A stretch of 64,000 bases of DNA. Origin: Mytilus californianus (lineage: Eukaryota). The translations under genes were made by a program, and so were the position numbers. The stretch spans positions 58,590,001 through 58,654,000 of the forward strand of contig NW_026262701.1 in assembly GCF_021869535.1 (NCBI RefSeq), written 5' to 3'. Positions 35,582 through 49,155 of this stretch are shown piece by piece (positions within the stretch are counted from its first letter, which is position 1; each line of letters starts with the position of its first letter). The notes beneath the pieces are model-generated. The model saw nothing but the letters and a program-made list of their open reading frames with translations. It made no database searches and was not told the origin of the DNA.

Positions 35582-37998
35582 CTAAAAAACAAAAGCGTTG
35601 CTTCACAATATACATAAAACTTGTAAATCAAAAGATGCGAAATACTCTGAGCCCTAAATGTCAATACATAATGCATTCTCATAGAGAATTCTTTATATAA
35701 AAAAAGGCTCGTATTGTTGCACATCTAAACATTACAATTATGTTTTAATTTTGTTTAAAGGGAGATCACAGCAACACAATGATATCAAAAACAAAATGTT
35801 TCTTTCCTTTTTTGTAGAAAAAAAGGGAAACCCTGACTTTTGTAAGGATTAACTAAATTCGTTCTTTTTCAATCATTTCTTAAAATTGAATAAAAGGTAA
35901 AATAGCAAAAATACCGACCTCCAAGGAAAATTCAAAAACGGAAAGTCCGTTATCAAATGGCAAAACCAAAAGCTCAAACACATCAAACGAATGGAAAACT
36001 AATATTCTTCTCCAATTTTTTTGGCAATTTAATCCTTTCTGAACCCATTGCTTAAAAAAATAATAATCAACGTGTGGTTATAGATTATCTCATTAGATGA
36101 TTGAATAATTGAAAAGGTCAAAACCTTTATCAGCTCCCTGCAGGATGATGCTAACACGTATTCGAGAAATCGACAACTGCATAAAAACTTCTACTTCGCT
36201 GAATTGGTTCCACCTTAAAAAAATATTGTTCAATTTGTTTACTTAATATGAGTTCACATTTTTTTACAATACTATAAGCTTAAATAAAGTTTATCTTTTA
36301 TTACGGTGTGCTTGCATTTGATTTCTGAGATACATACATGAAGTGTTTACGCATCAATTTTGTAGGAGTACTACGAAGAAATTGAGATAAGGAATGTGGA
36401 GGTACTCGAGAGGGAATTTGGTAAATTTATTTGATAATCAATCGAGAAGCAGATTCTTATATAGTTACTTTTGGATTAATATTGATTTCTGTCATATCGA
36501 TAGTTTAATTGTTGAATTCTAAAGTTCTGGATTAGATAAATCTGATAATCAACCAATAGCAATGTTAGCATATATGTGTATATCGCTTTAAGGGTTTATT
36601 TTGTTTGGCCTTTGCCTACTGTTTTGGACTTATTATCGGTGTGAAACGTTGCAGTTGCAGTCAAAACCTTGTGACGACATATGCTGATTTATGCATTTTG
36701 GACCGATAATCAGCATAAGTTTATGAGCAACACACATATGATATATAGTGGAAAAGAATAACGTTCGTACTGATTCAGTTTTTTTTCACCCTTGCTCTGT
36801 AAATACACATGGTATATTTTTATCACTTGCCGTGTCGACGCTCCAGGTATTGCTCTTTTTGGAGAAGCCCTCGGCTTCTTGTTGTGTCCCTGGTCTTATT
36901 TTTTGTCCATTTATGAAGTTTTAACAATGGTTAATTATTTTTATCAAGGGACTGTTTGTTTCAATTCGTTTAAACAGTCTGTCAGTTTGTAAAAATGGAA
37001 GGGGGCCTACCAAAGGAGCAAATACAACATTAAGTAAAAAAACACTTTGGAAAAAAAAAGACATAATTATACAAACCAAAATTATATAGAAAAATAAATT
37101 TGAGAACCAAGAGCCCACAAAAAAAAACAAGGAGTAGAATGAGGTGATTTCTGTCCAAGGTAAGCAGTTTCTGCTCCAACAGTTTATTCGTTGCGTTGCT
37201 AAAAAAAATGAAAACATCCGGTGATAAATCACATTAAGTGATGTCATATGCGAAAAAAAGCGGAATTGTGATATGCAAAAATGAGATCAACCCTCTATCT
37301 AGGAGATGTTGTAAGCAGCAAACCTTTATCAAGGTATTATGGAACGTGTATTAATCACGAAGTGATTTCATATACAGATATGCATTGGTTGTATCAGTTG
37401 TTTTAGTTACAGGTCAAAATTATTAATCAGTTTGGATATAAGAATAAAGAAAACTATTGATGAAGCGCATACATTTCAAATACAACGAAACCGAGTGCGT
37501 CGACACCGTAAGCATCCCCTCTTGTGGATTTATCGTCCGCATCAAGACGTGGACATGCTAAGAGAATAGTACACAATAATGTCATCGATACTTGGTCCAA
37601 ATTAGAGAATAGGACAAAATTAAACCCTCGGAACTTGGCCACATTTAAAGAATGGGACATAATCAATAGCTTTCAACATGTTTAAGTTTAAACTACAATT
37701 CTGATTTGTTCAGATTCAGACCATGAATCATATCATTTTCGCCAGTTGAGACATAAATACATCGTATCGTTACAATAAATGGCGAATGTTATCTCGATTT
37801 CATTTCTATAAGTATTTTATTGGGGTAATAACATAAATAGACTCATAACAGGTATATTGCTAAAATTACATTTGAATGGGATGTGTCATTCATAAAACAT
37901 TGAAAACGTTCGTAGATATTGCCGTATTTTCAAATGCTACTAATAACCCGGGTCCTATTTGATGGGAAGACGTTTAAATAGCATTAAATGATAAGTAC

Positions 37999-38376
37999 CG
38001 TTATTTGTTGTATATACACATCTTTCCAGATATTATTAGGTGTTGAAACAGATGACGGTGACAGTTTTAGAGAAGCATATCTATTGTTAACATTGTAGAG
38101 TCCATCATTGTATCCACACACCTGTAATATTCTCTTCTCCATCCAGTCAAGATGTCCCAATCTGATTCCACAGGACTCTGCTTTGAATACAATATCTCTT
38201 TTAACCATGTTATTTGTGCAAGTAGATTCTTGATAATTCGGTCGAAATATGTAAAAGTTCTGATCACAATGAGATCTAAAATCTGTATGTGATGAAATAC
38301 ACCCCACAGGAACAGTTGAGGTTAAGGTGATATTAAACGATTCCCCTTCATTTAATGTGTAATGATTTCTGTCCGG
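37999..38376 (-). CDS. Open VWDE-like exon (126 codons)
   Basis: tttag|CCG...ACG|gtactt; overlaps ORF 37984..38307. Confidence 0.82.
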
Positions 38377-38544
38377 CTAAATTCAAACAAATCATTATTT
38401 CAAGATACAACGTATGATCAATTCAATGTAAAATTGTTATTTGATTGGAGATCCATTATGTACGGTTTTTGATCCTTATATTAAAGAAGTTTTTCAGATG
38501 AAGGTAAATCTAGAAAAAGGCTTCGGCGCATGCAAAAAGTAAAA

Positions 38545-39290
38545 ACACAAAAATACTGAACTCCGAGGAAAATTCAAAAAGGAAAGTCCCTAATCAAATG
38601 GCAAAATCAAAAGTTCAAACACATCAAACGAATGGATAACAACTGTCATATTCCTGACTTGGTACAGGCATTTTCTTATGTAGAAAATGGTGGATTGAAC
38701 CTGGTTTTATAGCTAGCTAAACCTCTCACTTGTATGACAGTCGCATCAAATTCCATTATATTGACAACGATGCGTGAACAAAACAAACAGACACAATAGG
38801 TAAAAATGTCAAAAATAGGGTTACAGCAGTCAACATTGTGTTATCATCTTTGTCACTATAAAAACAAACAAATGTAACGAAGAAGCACAAGAAGGCATAC
38901 ATCAAATTTAACATCCTCATTTAGCTTATACTATACGATTTTATTTATCTATGTAAAATCCACCCATAAAGTATGGAAGGTTTTAAGAACTGGCGTAAAA
39001 TCACGAGTTTGAAATTCGCACAGGTAGACATAAAATAATTTTGTCGTTCAAAGTATGAAGAGATACATAAATACAGAGTCACGTAAAATGGATATCACAA
39101 AAAACAGACTTAACAGTAAAAGTAATATTAATAAAATAAAATAATTGTGTGGTTCAAATTATGACGGGATACATAAGTACAGAGTCACGTCAAATGTATA
39201 TCACAAAAAAACAGACTTAACAGTAAAAGCAATATTAATAAATAAAATAATTTTGTCGTTCAAAGTATTATGGGATACATAAGCACAGTA
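38545..39290 (-). mobile_element. Interspersed repeat family E copy with internal tandem duplication; twister-like core at 38642..38741
   Basis: aaaatactgaactccgaggaaaattc terminus (also at 35905 and, inverted, 39335-39665). About 130-bp units repeat at 39030-39290. Confidence 0.8.
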
Positions 39291-39334
39291 AACTATGACG
39301 CGTTTTGTTTTCATTTTTGTTTTGCATTTTTTTT

Positions 39335-39665
39335 ATACCTCTGCTGGTAGTCTCCGAGTGTATTATCAGCTCAGTATTTAGTCCTTTGATATTTTTTTTT
39401 ACATTTTTGCCGATTATTTCTGTTTGTTTTGTTTACACATCTTTGTCAATATATTGGAATTTCATGCGACTGTCATACAATTAAGAGGTTTAGCTAGCTA
39501 TAAAACCCGGTTTAATCCACCATTTTCCTCATAAGAAATTGCGTGTACCAAGTCAGGAATATAACAATTGTTATCCATTCGTTTAATAAGTTTGAGCTTT
39601 TGATTTTGCCCTTTGATTACGGACTTTCCGTTTTGTATTTTCCTCTGAGTTCGGTATTTTTTATT
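39335..39665 (+). mobile_element. Family E copy, inverted relative to 38545-38830
   Basis: About 250 bp of clear colinear similarity; core at about 39468-39567. Confidence 0.8.
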
Positions 39666-40301
39666 TCACTTTTTGGTACTAACATGATTTCTAAATATTG
39701 TTTGTTTACAGATTTTGAAATTATAAAGAAACCAAAGTATCAACCGGTTCAGGCTTAGTTGACCTTAGACGGATTTGGGTATGCTTAGGCCAGGTTTTGT
39801 TATATAACTCTTCAACTGTTTCCGTTCTTATATATCCTTGGCTTTGAAATTTTTGGCTTTGAGCGTTCCTTATGAAGTTAATCCAGAAAAGCGCATCGAA
39901 GGTTATATCAGTTACTTAATTTCCCTTTTTAACATAAAGCATGGTTAAAAGAATCAAATGTCCTTGGATTTTTATATAATCAATTTTCATGATTGATGTT
40001 GGTTAAACATATAATTAATGTTTTTCTTATTAAGAAAGTAAAGAAGAGAAGTACACATTTTAAAAATTAATTGACAACTCTGTCAACATTACGAGTAAAT
40101 TGTATGCTTTCTGTGATACCATTTTTTATGTAAAAAGAGGTCAAATATGAACACATATGTTGAAAATGGTAACAGTAGTTTCATTTTCTTATATAGCATG
40201 TCAATTATAATCTAGTTTGCCAAATCAGGGTGACCATACACATTCAGATCTTAGATAAATATTTATAGAACTTTTCGTGATGATCAGATAACTTTGCTTA
40301 C

Positions 40302-40388
40302 ATACAGTCCAGCGTGAAAGACAGGACTATATACATATGGCCCTGGTGTTGACTCTTTTGAATTTCTCAGTCTGATAGCACATTTCAC
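40302..40388 (-). CDS. Open exon
   Basis: tttgcag|GTG...TAT|gtaagc; VKCAIRLRNSKESTPGPYVYSPVFHAGLY. Confidence 0.8.
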
Positions 40389-41006
40389 CTGCAAATAGAA
40401 AATATTCGAAATGATCAGCAAACTAACTGGTTATTTGTTCAAATACTTTTTGTTCTGTTTTGTCAAAACATAATTGACCTCTATTCAAAACTTTTTAACT
40501 GATTTCAAAAAGTTTATTTAACTCCTGCACTCGAAACGTAGTTGTTTAAACAAAAGAAAAAAGAAGCAATTGTAGGAAAATATCATGAAAAAAATATGTG
40601 TTAGCCTTCTCCGAAAGAATTATCTATCCGTGCATTTTTCAACGATTTTGAATTAAAGATTTGCAACTCCTCCTTTTAAATACTATTAAAATCTTAAATA
40701 TTAATAATCATTTTTATGAGTTGTATGAGTAAAACCAACATCTTGATATCGATTTATTTCATAATTTACTTTGAGTATTTTACATTTTGCATCATACATT
40801 TTGAAACAACCCAGTACTGTTTCATGATATCAAACCCTACTACAAGATTTGCCATACCTAACCAAATGACTGCACAATTTTTTAATCTATCTTAACACCA
40901 GCGTGCGCTCTGTGAAAAAAAACTATATAAAACGAATAATCTGTTATTTTCTGTTTCTCGATCGTCTGTGAACAACCTTAAAATTTACAGAAACAAACAG
41001 TCATAC

Positions 41007-41284
41007 CTGCATGTTCATCCAGTATTTACCATGCCAATCCATTTCTTTTAGAACTATGGCATCAGTGATGTCTTTGAACAACAAGTTGTTGTTGTTCTTA
41101 ATAACATTTCCACATATCAGCCAGTTAACGTCGTAGGCATATGATCTGTTGGATTGGTCTTCAAATACGCATTTAAAAATTGGAATTAAACTTGGCGTTG
41201 GATCAAAGTTAGGTATTGGAAAAATTTCACCTTCTGTTAAAAGAGCTTTAACTTCCACGGATACGCTGTCCGTTGGAAAATTAG
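41007..41284 (-). CDS. Open VWDE-like exon
   Basis: ttttag|CT...CAG|gtatga; within ORF 41001..41318 (FKCVF...YDVNWLI...LKEMDW.GKYWMNMQ). Confidence 0.82.
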
Positions 41285-42169
41285 CTAAAATTATAAACAT
41301 GCATGAATTCAAATACAAAGGGCGACAACAAATATCATCGATTTAATCTTCTTGTGGTCTATAAATAACGTTATTTCATATAAAAAATATTCAAAAACAG
41401 TTGTGTGTTTATATTCTTTATATATTTTGTTATTGAGAATTTTAAACTCCTCAAAGACACCAGACTTATGAAGTAGGTTGCCAGTGAGCGTTTTGTCTGA
41501 ACAAGGTTAAGCAGCTGAGCTCGATAAAGTTTTTAAATTAAATATTTAAATTTATGTTTAAATTATCAGCAAATATATAAAATTCAGCATGTGTCAGAAA
41601 CATTTGAAAACCCATCGTGAAAACACCAATGACATATTTCTCATTTTGTAAACTGACGTGATTTTTAGCACTTTATTCTTATTTAAAAGATTCATATATT
41701 CTCAATAAACCAAATCCCTCGGACAAAGTTGATCTTATATGAATACGGCTTTTTAAGGTAAAGTGTATTAGAAACTGGTCTACCTAAAAAGTATACAACA
41801 CCTGCCTCACATTCAAACTTGACGATCTATTCACTATGAAGGTGCCTTAGGAAGACATAATATGATAGAAAAGACAAATTTGGAGTTGACAACAAACGGA
41901 ACAAGCTCGAGCTTGTAAGTAGAACCCAAGCAATACAAGGAAATTCTGTTGAAATATGCATCATTTTTCGTGCTGTTATCCCCTTATTGTATTGTAAAAC
42001 TTTAACAATGTTGTATTCATTATTTTAATAATAACAGTTACAGTTTAACTTGACTTGGTTTTGAAAATGTATGTTAGAAATGTCAAAACAAAGTTCAAAT
42101 GAGGTGGATATGAGCAACTAGTTTGTTCGAAACAAAATTTATCTGATCATAAAGATATGCATAACTTAC

Positions 42170-42235
42170 AACTACAACCTGGATAATATTCCGTTTCTGA
42201 AGACATACTAGCGGGACAGTGCACCGGTCCACTTC
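42170..42235 (-). CDS. Open 66-nt linker exon
   Basis: ctctctctag|GA...T|gtaagt; GSGPVHCPASMSSETEYYPGCS; phase 1-1. Confidence 0.8.
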
Positions 42236-42742
42236 CTAGAGAGAGAGAGAGTTAAATCATATTAATTTTTTTCTGTTGATAAACAATGATTTATCAAGAA
42301 TAATTGATACATCACTACTTAAAGTTCAGCAGGAAACAGTAGATACAGGTTCGTAACGATTCCATGTTAAAGAGAAATAAACATACCCTTCGTATCACAT
42401 GATTAAGACAGACAGTTAAGACGGATGTTTCATTTGTCAGCTCACAAGGTAGTTGTACGCAGCAAGAAACTATATCACTTCCTTAGAGTAAAAACAGCAC
42501 AAAGAAAAGTTATGGCTGAGGTTTGACTAATCAATTGATCGAACTTATGACCTCCCAAGACTACACTAAGGTTTGGATCTATTCAAATAATTACTTAAAA
42601 TGCAAAAAAAATTATGCTGTAGTTAAATTTAACTATGACAAATTTTACTCTTATATTATATAGAAAAAACAAAGAATTGGGAAAATTAAAATGCATCTGT
42701 TAAAATGGTCGTGCAGTGTAGTGTAGTGAAGTGTAGTGTTGT

Positions 42743-42743
<1 letters not shown>

Positions 42744-42786
<43 letters not shown>
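42744..42786. repeat. Poly(T) run preceded by (GTGTA)n
   Basis: 43 consecutive T. Confidence 0.95.
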
Positions 42787-42787
<1 letters not shown>

Positions 42788-43301
42788 TTTTTTGTTTTTT
42801 TTTGTTTCTATAAAAATAAATTGAAAAAAGACGAAATTTAATTGAATGTAAAAAAAAAGAGGCTAAAGGTAAATCGAAGTTTATCCTGTCGTAAATTAGG
42901 AAAAGAGGACACAAAAATGGTGGAAATGAAATAACGTTTAACAAAAAACGGTACAAAATTAAAAATATATGAAAACCAGTTTCCAGCAGTGAGTGGTTTA
43001 ACCATTTATTATTGTTATTGTTATTGGTGTTCTTTGTCTGTACAATTGCTGACATGTCTTTTACGACACATAAACAGTAAAGACCCTTTAGTAAATAAAA
43101 GACGGTCTCTAGATTCGGCTCTCAGATTTTTACCAAATTGAATGTTCGCAACACATAGACGATAAGTTTTCCATTATCAAGTTAATTGTTACATGTATAT
43201 TTAACTTCCTGCAATGACTTTACTATAACAAATTAAATTAAAAGACAAGTATTTCATTTTTTTCATATTTTGTTTGCCCTGCCGTAAAACAAATACATTA
43301 C

Positions 43302-43463
43302 CGAAACAATAAGATGAATTAGTTGGTGTTGGTCGTAGATAATATACGTTATACCCATCACAGTTCCTTATAACAATATGAACAGACTCTTCACAAACAC
43401 TTTGATTTGTCTGCATGCAGGCTTCTATAGTCTTATTTCCGTCCACAAAATTTGGCAAAGTCC
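43302..43463 (-). CDS. D8C domain, second exon
   Basis: ttttgcag|GG...G|gtaatg; GTLPNFVDG...AC...C...IVIRNCDGYNVYYLRPT..SSYCF, matching the uromodulin/GP2/OIT3 D8C pattern. Confidence 0.88.
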
Positions 43464-43951
43464 CTGCAAAACCGTCAATTATGTATACATGACCCTAACC
43501 TAGATATTATTGTTAGGTAAAATTATTACACAAGTAAAACAGGACTTTAAAAAACAGGACTTAAAAAAATGAAAAATCTGTCAACTTTACATGACTGTGG
43601 ATTAAAATAAAGTATTCTAAATATTGTGCTCTCATTGTATAAGTTTGGTACTTATCGATATGGTCTGATAAGACAAAAACAAAAAAAACAAAGGATGGGC
43701 ATGCAAAAGTTTTAATTTTGATTGTTGGTAAACATTCTTTTGTAAGTTACCTTCTCATTTTCTTCAATTTGTGACAGCAAAATTATAGTTTTTTAATGAA
43801 AAGCTGATTCATTTTGGAAGGGATTTAACTGTCTATATTTCAATTGAATAAAAAACCTTATACCTTATTTAAAAATGTCGCCGTCTTAACCAAAACATGT
43901 TTTTTTTTTAATCAATCTTGCATTTAATTGTAAAATAATTTCGTTTTGTAC

Positions 43952-44164
43952 CATTCAACCAAAAAGGATTCATTGTTCCACAATACTTTGTTCCAGGCTG
44001 TGTGGTAGGCATATCATCACCATTATCACTGTAAATTCTATACCAGCCTTCAACTAACATGTCGTCACTTAATGGTTCTTCTGATGTCCAATCAGCAAAA
44101 AATCCAGTTGAACGTTTTGCTGCATTCTCAAATCTTGTGCACGTAACACACGGGTCCTTTAAAA
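43952..44164 (-). CDS. D8C domain, first exon
   Basis: ttttag|TT...G|gtacaa; DPC...RS...LVEGWYRI...MPT....YCGTMNPFWLNG. Confidence 0.88.
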
Positions 44165-45133
44165 CTAAAAGGATATAATGTATATTGCAGTATTGTTATA
44201 AATTACTAGTAATCTATATTAAAAAAGAAACATGCTTTCAAGTCAATCAAATCAAACATTTATTTAAAGAGTGAAATTCTGAATAGTGTGGGAATGGAAT
44301 TTCGATTCCACTTAGATTTGAAAAGCGTATTCAGAGGTTTCTTACATACATTTTATCTAGTTTCCAGAAAATCGTTCATTGTGATGCATTGCCAGTGTCT
44401 ACTGAATGTTAAATATTGGCACTAATAAAACTTGTACTTTATTAACACTATGTTTTATCATCAATGGTTATGTTTGGTAAATAACATGCTAATGCATTTT
44501 ATTTCATTTAAATGTCTGATTTGGTTTAACAAGAAACTTCTTTATCACCAGAAATGCATACATGTAAAAGTACAATACCACAAAAAATATATTTATGTAC
44601 TTTCAATTCTTGAACTTCATGAATATAGTAAACTATTAATGCTTGTTTCAATTAACAATTCAATAAATAAACACGAATTAATTATCCGAAAAGTTAAACT
44701 TAATATACATATGTAAAGCCCATGGACTGAAGACCTATATTGTGAAGGGTTTCATTATATCCTTCCCCTTCGTTAAATCACTTCCTAATATAAAATATAG
44801 CTTGTAGTATTCCTTAAGCTATGCTCCATAGTTTTTGGTTAAATACTGACACATAAAGTAATTATCGATAAATGATAAACAGCAGGAAACTCATGGTAAA
44901 ACAAGAATAGGTTTTAATATTTTTTTGTTGTCATTCTTTTCATTTCTCTCCTTATAAACGACTTATTCTGATTTTCTGATTAAAATATGCTTTGTTTATC
45001 TAAAAAAACATAAAATCCAGCATATACTAGTTGTATGTGGAGATTTCATGATGAAATTATCATAGCTTCATACGGAAACCAGCGTGAAAGCAGAGACGGG
45101 TGTGTAATGATTTCTATCTTTTTATTAACTTAC

Positions 45134-45415
45134 TGCTTCCATGATACATCTTTACGTCGACTATAGTACTATGAACATAAGCCACATTTCTATAATTGAT
45201 CCCTGTTTTTTCGACCTTCTTCACATATCTACTATTATAACTATTCTCTGTATAGAAGAGGTAGTCGCCTTGCACAGCGATTCCAAACAAGTAATAATAT
45301 GACCTCTGATACACTGAGTACCCGTACGATTGTACTTCCTTTAGATCACTTCCGTCGAATGTGGCAGACCTTATTATGTGTCGTACTGTCCAATAAATTC
45401 TGCTTTCTTCAAAAT
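45134..45415 (-). CDS. YWTD (LDLR class B) repeat exon
   Basis: ttttaag|AT...A|gtaagt; DFEESRIYWT...SATFDGSD...GIAVQGDYLFYTE. Confidence 0.88.
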
Positions 45416-46127
45416 CTTAAAAAGAAAATTGCATTAAAAAATAATTAATAATATCTTGTATTACTAAAGTATGAAAAATTCTGCAGTGTTCCGTTTTTCT
45501 GTGTAGCAAATATGATTTGTATTTTACATTGCATAATTATGCTCCTGAGAAAAAGTGTCTACTAAACATCTGCTCCGGAAGGATTTATGTATATACATTG
45601 AATGTAATAAAGATGTAGTATTTCCGTTCTTTTAAAATGAAAGTAGACAACTGTCAAAGCAAATTCATATACAGGTAACATATTTCGGTTAAAAATGAAG
45701 GGCAGTTAAATATCTTGAGCAAATACTAGAAAAATGTCAGTTTTGACAATGATTTATACGGCATAGTGACAGACTCACTGAAAATAATAGACACTTTCAG
45801 TTGTTCTCGCTAAGGCATATGAGAGAAGCGATTACAAACATCTCAAGATGGAAAACGCTAAAACTGATGAATGGAAATTTCGCGTCCAATTGGTTAAGCT
45901 CACATACTAGAGTAAAAAAAACACATAAACTATAGGGTGTAATTTTATATAAATAAATATTTTTTTGACAAAGTTGTATTCCTTTGATAAATGTTCCATC
46001 ACTGTATTGGATACCTAAACGACATAAGTGTCCTTACAAAAAAACTTGATATTGCTTGGTCTTCCAAGTGCTCCTTGAAACCTCTTTCTAAATTATTAAC
46101 ATCAATTTTATCAAAACCGGGCTACCT

Positions 46128-47360
46128 ATTCTAGAGGTGGCGTGAATCAGCGTGAATTAGATGTGGATACTAAAACATTCCAAAGATCTTTCAGAGTAAT
46201 ACATTCTTTCATCTTGCAATAATATTAAAACGTTTGTCTTTTCTACACTTGACGCCAATATTCCCAATTCAAAACTAAAAGACAAATTGAAAGAGTTGGT
46301 CCTGTTTGTTTCATGAAAAAGAATGGCAAATGTAGATACAAGTATTTTGTCTTAGGGAGGGAAAAATCCTACTTTGTAAAAAATCACTATGATTCAAACA
46401 AGAAATTCTCTGAAATTGACTATATCAAGATAATTTTTACGTTTGGAGGACGTGTTTTTCAACAAACTATCGGCTTTACCATTGGAACCAACTATGCCCC
46501 TTTACTTGCCGTCTTGTTCCTTTATTCATATGAGGCTCACTTCATACAGGAACTTCTTAGGAAGAAAGAAAAGAAATTAGCAGTATTCTTTTACTTTACT
46601 TTCCGCTATAACGATGATGTTCTCACACTAAATAATTCAAAATTTGGTGACTATGTTGAATGCATCTATCCCATCGAGATTGAGATAAAGGATACAACAG
46701 ATACAGTTGAGTCTGCGTCATATCTTGACTTACATCTAGAAATTAAGAATGAGGATCTGTTGAAAACAAAACTTTACGACAAATTGTGAACTTTCCATAT
46801 CTATGTATCAACAATCCAGCAGCGCCTGCATACGGAGTTTATCTCCCAGTTGATACGATATTCCAGGGCTTTTATTTCCTATCATGATTTATGTGACAGA
46901 GGGTTGCTGCTCACAAAGAAGCTATTTAACCAAAAGTTCATAGTGATGAAATTCAAATCAATCCTTCGTAAATTTTACGGACGCCATCATGAGTTGGTTG
47001 ACCGTTAATGAATATCTGTTTCACAGATGATAGCGGATATGTCACAAATATGGTATCTACAATCCCAACCCCTTTCCCAGAATGTGACCTACCGAATTAA
47101 ACTTATTAGTGGTTTTGTACTATCATTAGCAACACGACGAGTGCCACATGTGGAGCATGATCTGTTTACCCTTCCGGAGCACCTAAGATCACTTCAAGTT
47201 TTTGGTGGGGTTCGTGTTGCTCAGTATTTAGTTTTCTATGTTGTGTTTTGTGCCCTATTGTTTGTCTGTTGGTCTTTTCTTTTTTTAGCCATGGCGTTGT
47301 CAGTTTATTTTCGACTTATGAGTTTGAATGTGTCTTCGGTATCCTTCGTCTATTTTTGAA
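46128..47360 (+). mobile_element. Penelope-like element family D: RT fragment plus 3' region, decayed
   Basis: MWILK, FSTL, QTIG..GTNYAPLLA.LF, RYNDD (mutated YIDD), KTKLYDK and AYGVY.SQLIRY motifs. The 3' region contains cttacccttccggagcacct, also seen at 33465, 53455, 37160 and 32740. Confidence 0.88.
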
Positions 47361-47793
47361 TGAAGGTCGTACAATGACTTAAAACTATTCACATTTGTGT
47401 TATTTAATATTTAGATTGTTGCATCACCGGTATGGATGATAGTGGTGTAATTGATATGCCCATAAATCTTATCTCATAATTTTATAATAGAATTTCCTTT
47501 ATGACTGCCTTGGTCCATTTGGCACATTTTAATGCGTTTACTTTAACTATGCGTCATTTTGTCGCATATTTCATTTAGCATCCAAAACATTTGATATTGG
47601 GGGTCCCTGTATCCCAGGACCCACCAGACAAAAAATTAGGAATCTCTGTATCCCAGGATTCATTTTATTTTATTGGATGCTTCATTTATTGTAAATATTT
47701 AGTTATCTAGTTAGTTATCTAGTTATCTTTTTGTAGTGTGCCAATATGAAAGGCGACTACATTCATTTATCTATCTATCTAATTATCTATCTG

Positions 47794-47843
<50 letters not shown>

Positions 47844-48625
47844 ACTGTTTATCTAGTTATATGGATTTATATTTGTGTAGTTTGTAATAAAGCTTTGGCC
47901 AAATACTGATAAACTGTGTTTCTGATCTTTGCGCATCAATAATTAATAGAATTTATGATTCAGCATAAATTCGGTTATTAGTGTAAGCTATGTGTGTCAT
48001 TGGCCGTTCTACTTTTTGTCTAATGTGGGTTATCACTTATCTGATTGATCACGCGCAGTATGACTGCGCATGCAATCTTTTCAATAGCTACATTCGACGG
48101 AAGCAGACGGATATATTTTGGTGATTTCAAAAACCCACCCACCCACCACTATTTGTTTCAACATTGCATACTATATTTGGACAAATTTTTGCTGTGTCTT
48201 GATATATTTTTTTCAGATTGTTCCTGCTACAATTAAAGGTGTGAGACGTCAACAAAATAGTCACTGTATATGGAGCGTATCAATTTAGTATCCACTGTGT
48301 ACTTGTCTGTAGTCCGTAGTTTGCTGGTACCATCTCAACGTAATGTGCGTGTTCTGTTTCAAGACTATGCGTTTTAGATATATATAAATTGAGTAATCTG
48401 TACATTTCATCCGTATCACAAAAAAAAAACAAAAAAAACAATGCTTGCATACGCCCGCTTATATGAACATTTTGTACTGTATTAAGTTATGGGCACATTT
48501 CGCTGCGTAAATATTTAGTTATCTAGTTAGTTATCTAGTTATCTTTTTGTAGTGTGCCAATATGAAAGGCGACTACGTTCATTTATCTTTCTATCTAATT
48601 ATCTATCTGCTATATATATATATAT

Positions 48626-49155
48626 AAAAGACCAAAAAAGTGAAAAAGTATATTTTAACAAAACGCATTTGACTAACAGGTCGAACAACAAATGTTCTTA
48701 AACCCTGCTGACTGCCATTGGCGATTGCCAAATAAACGGATCACCGATGTAATAAATGGATCTTAATTAAAAATTTAATACTAAACAGAAAACAATAAAC
48801 TTGCGGAAAAGATGATATACCGCAAACAAAAGGTGCAAAGGTTTTTGTACATCATATCCGGATTTCGACAATTAATGTCTCTTCAGTGATGTTAGGAATC
48901 GAAACGGTATTTGGAAAGCCATACAATTTACCTCAATTTAGGATAGACTCTTGAATTTTGAGGAGTCAAAATAGGATGAACGGATCATATAAACCCGAAG
49001 GCAAATATAATACAAGCCCAAACGGAAAAATATAAACAAGTCTAAATTGAAAACAACGTTCAAACCTAAGAAATTTGTTTTGCATGCACACGTATAAAAA
49101 TTGCGGTTTTTATCCAACGCAATCATAGGTTTGAACGTTGTTTTCAATTTAGACT

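Noticed and set aside
37454-37666. ORF between the last intact exon and the first broken exon as an alternative terminal exon
   Set aside because: No recognisable domain in any frame and no independent support; only an AG acceptor candidate.
42651-43055. 134-aa ORF with poly-Lys
   Set aside because: An artefact of the poly(T)/(GTGTA)n tract in an intron.
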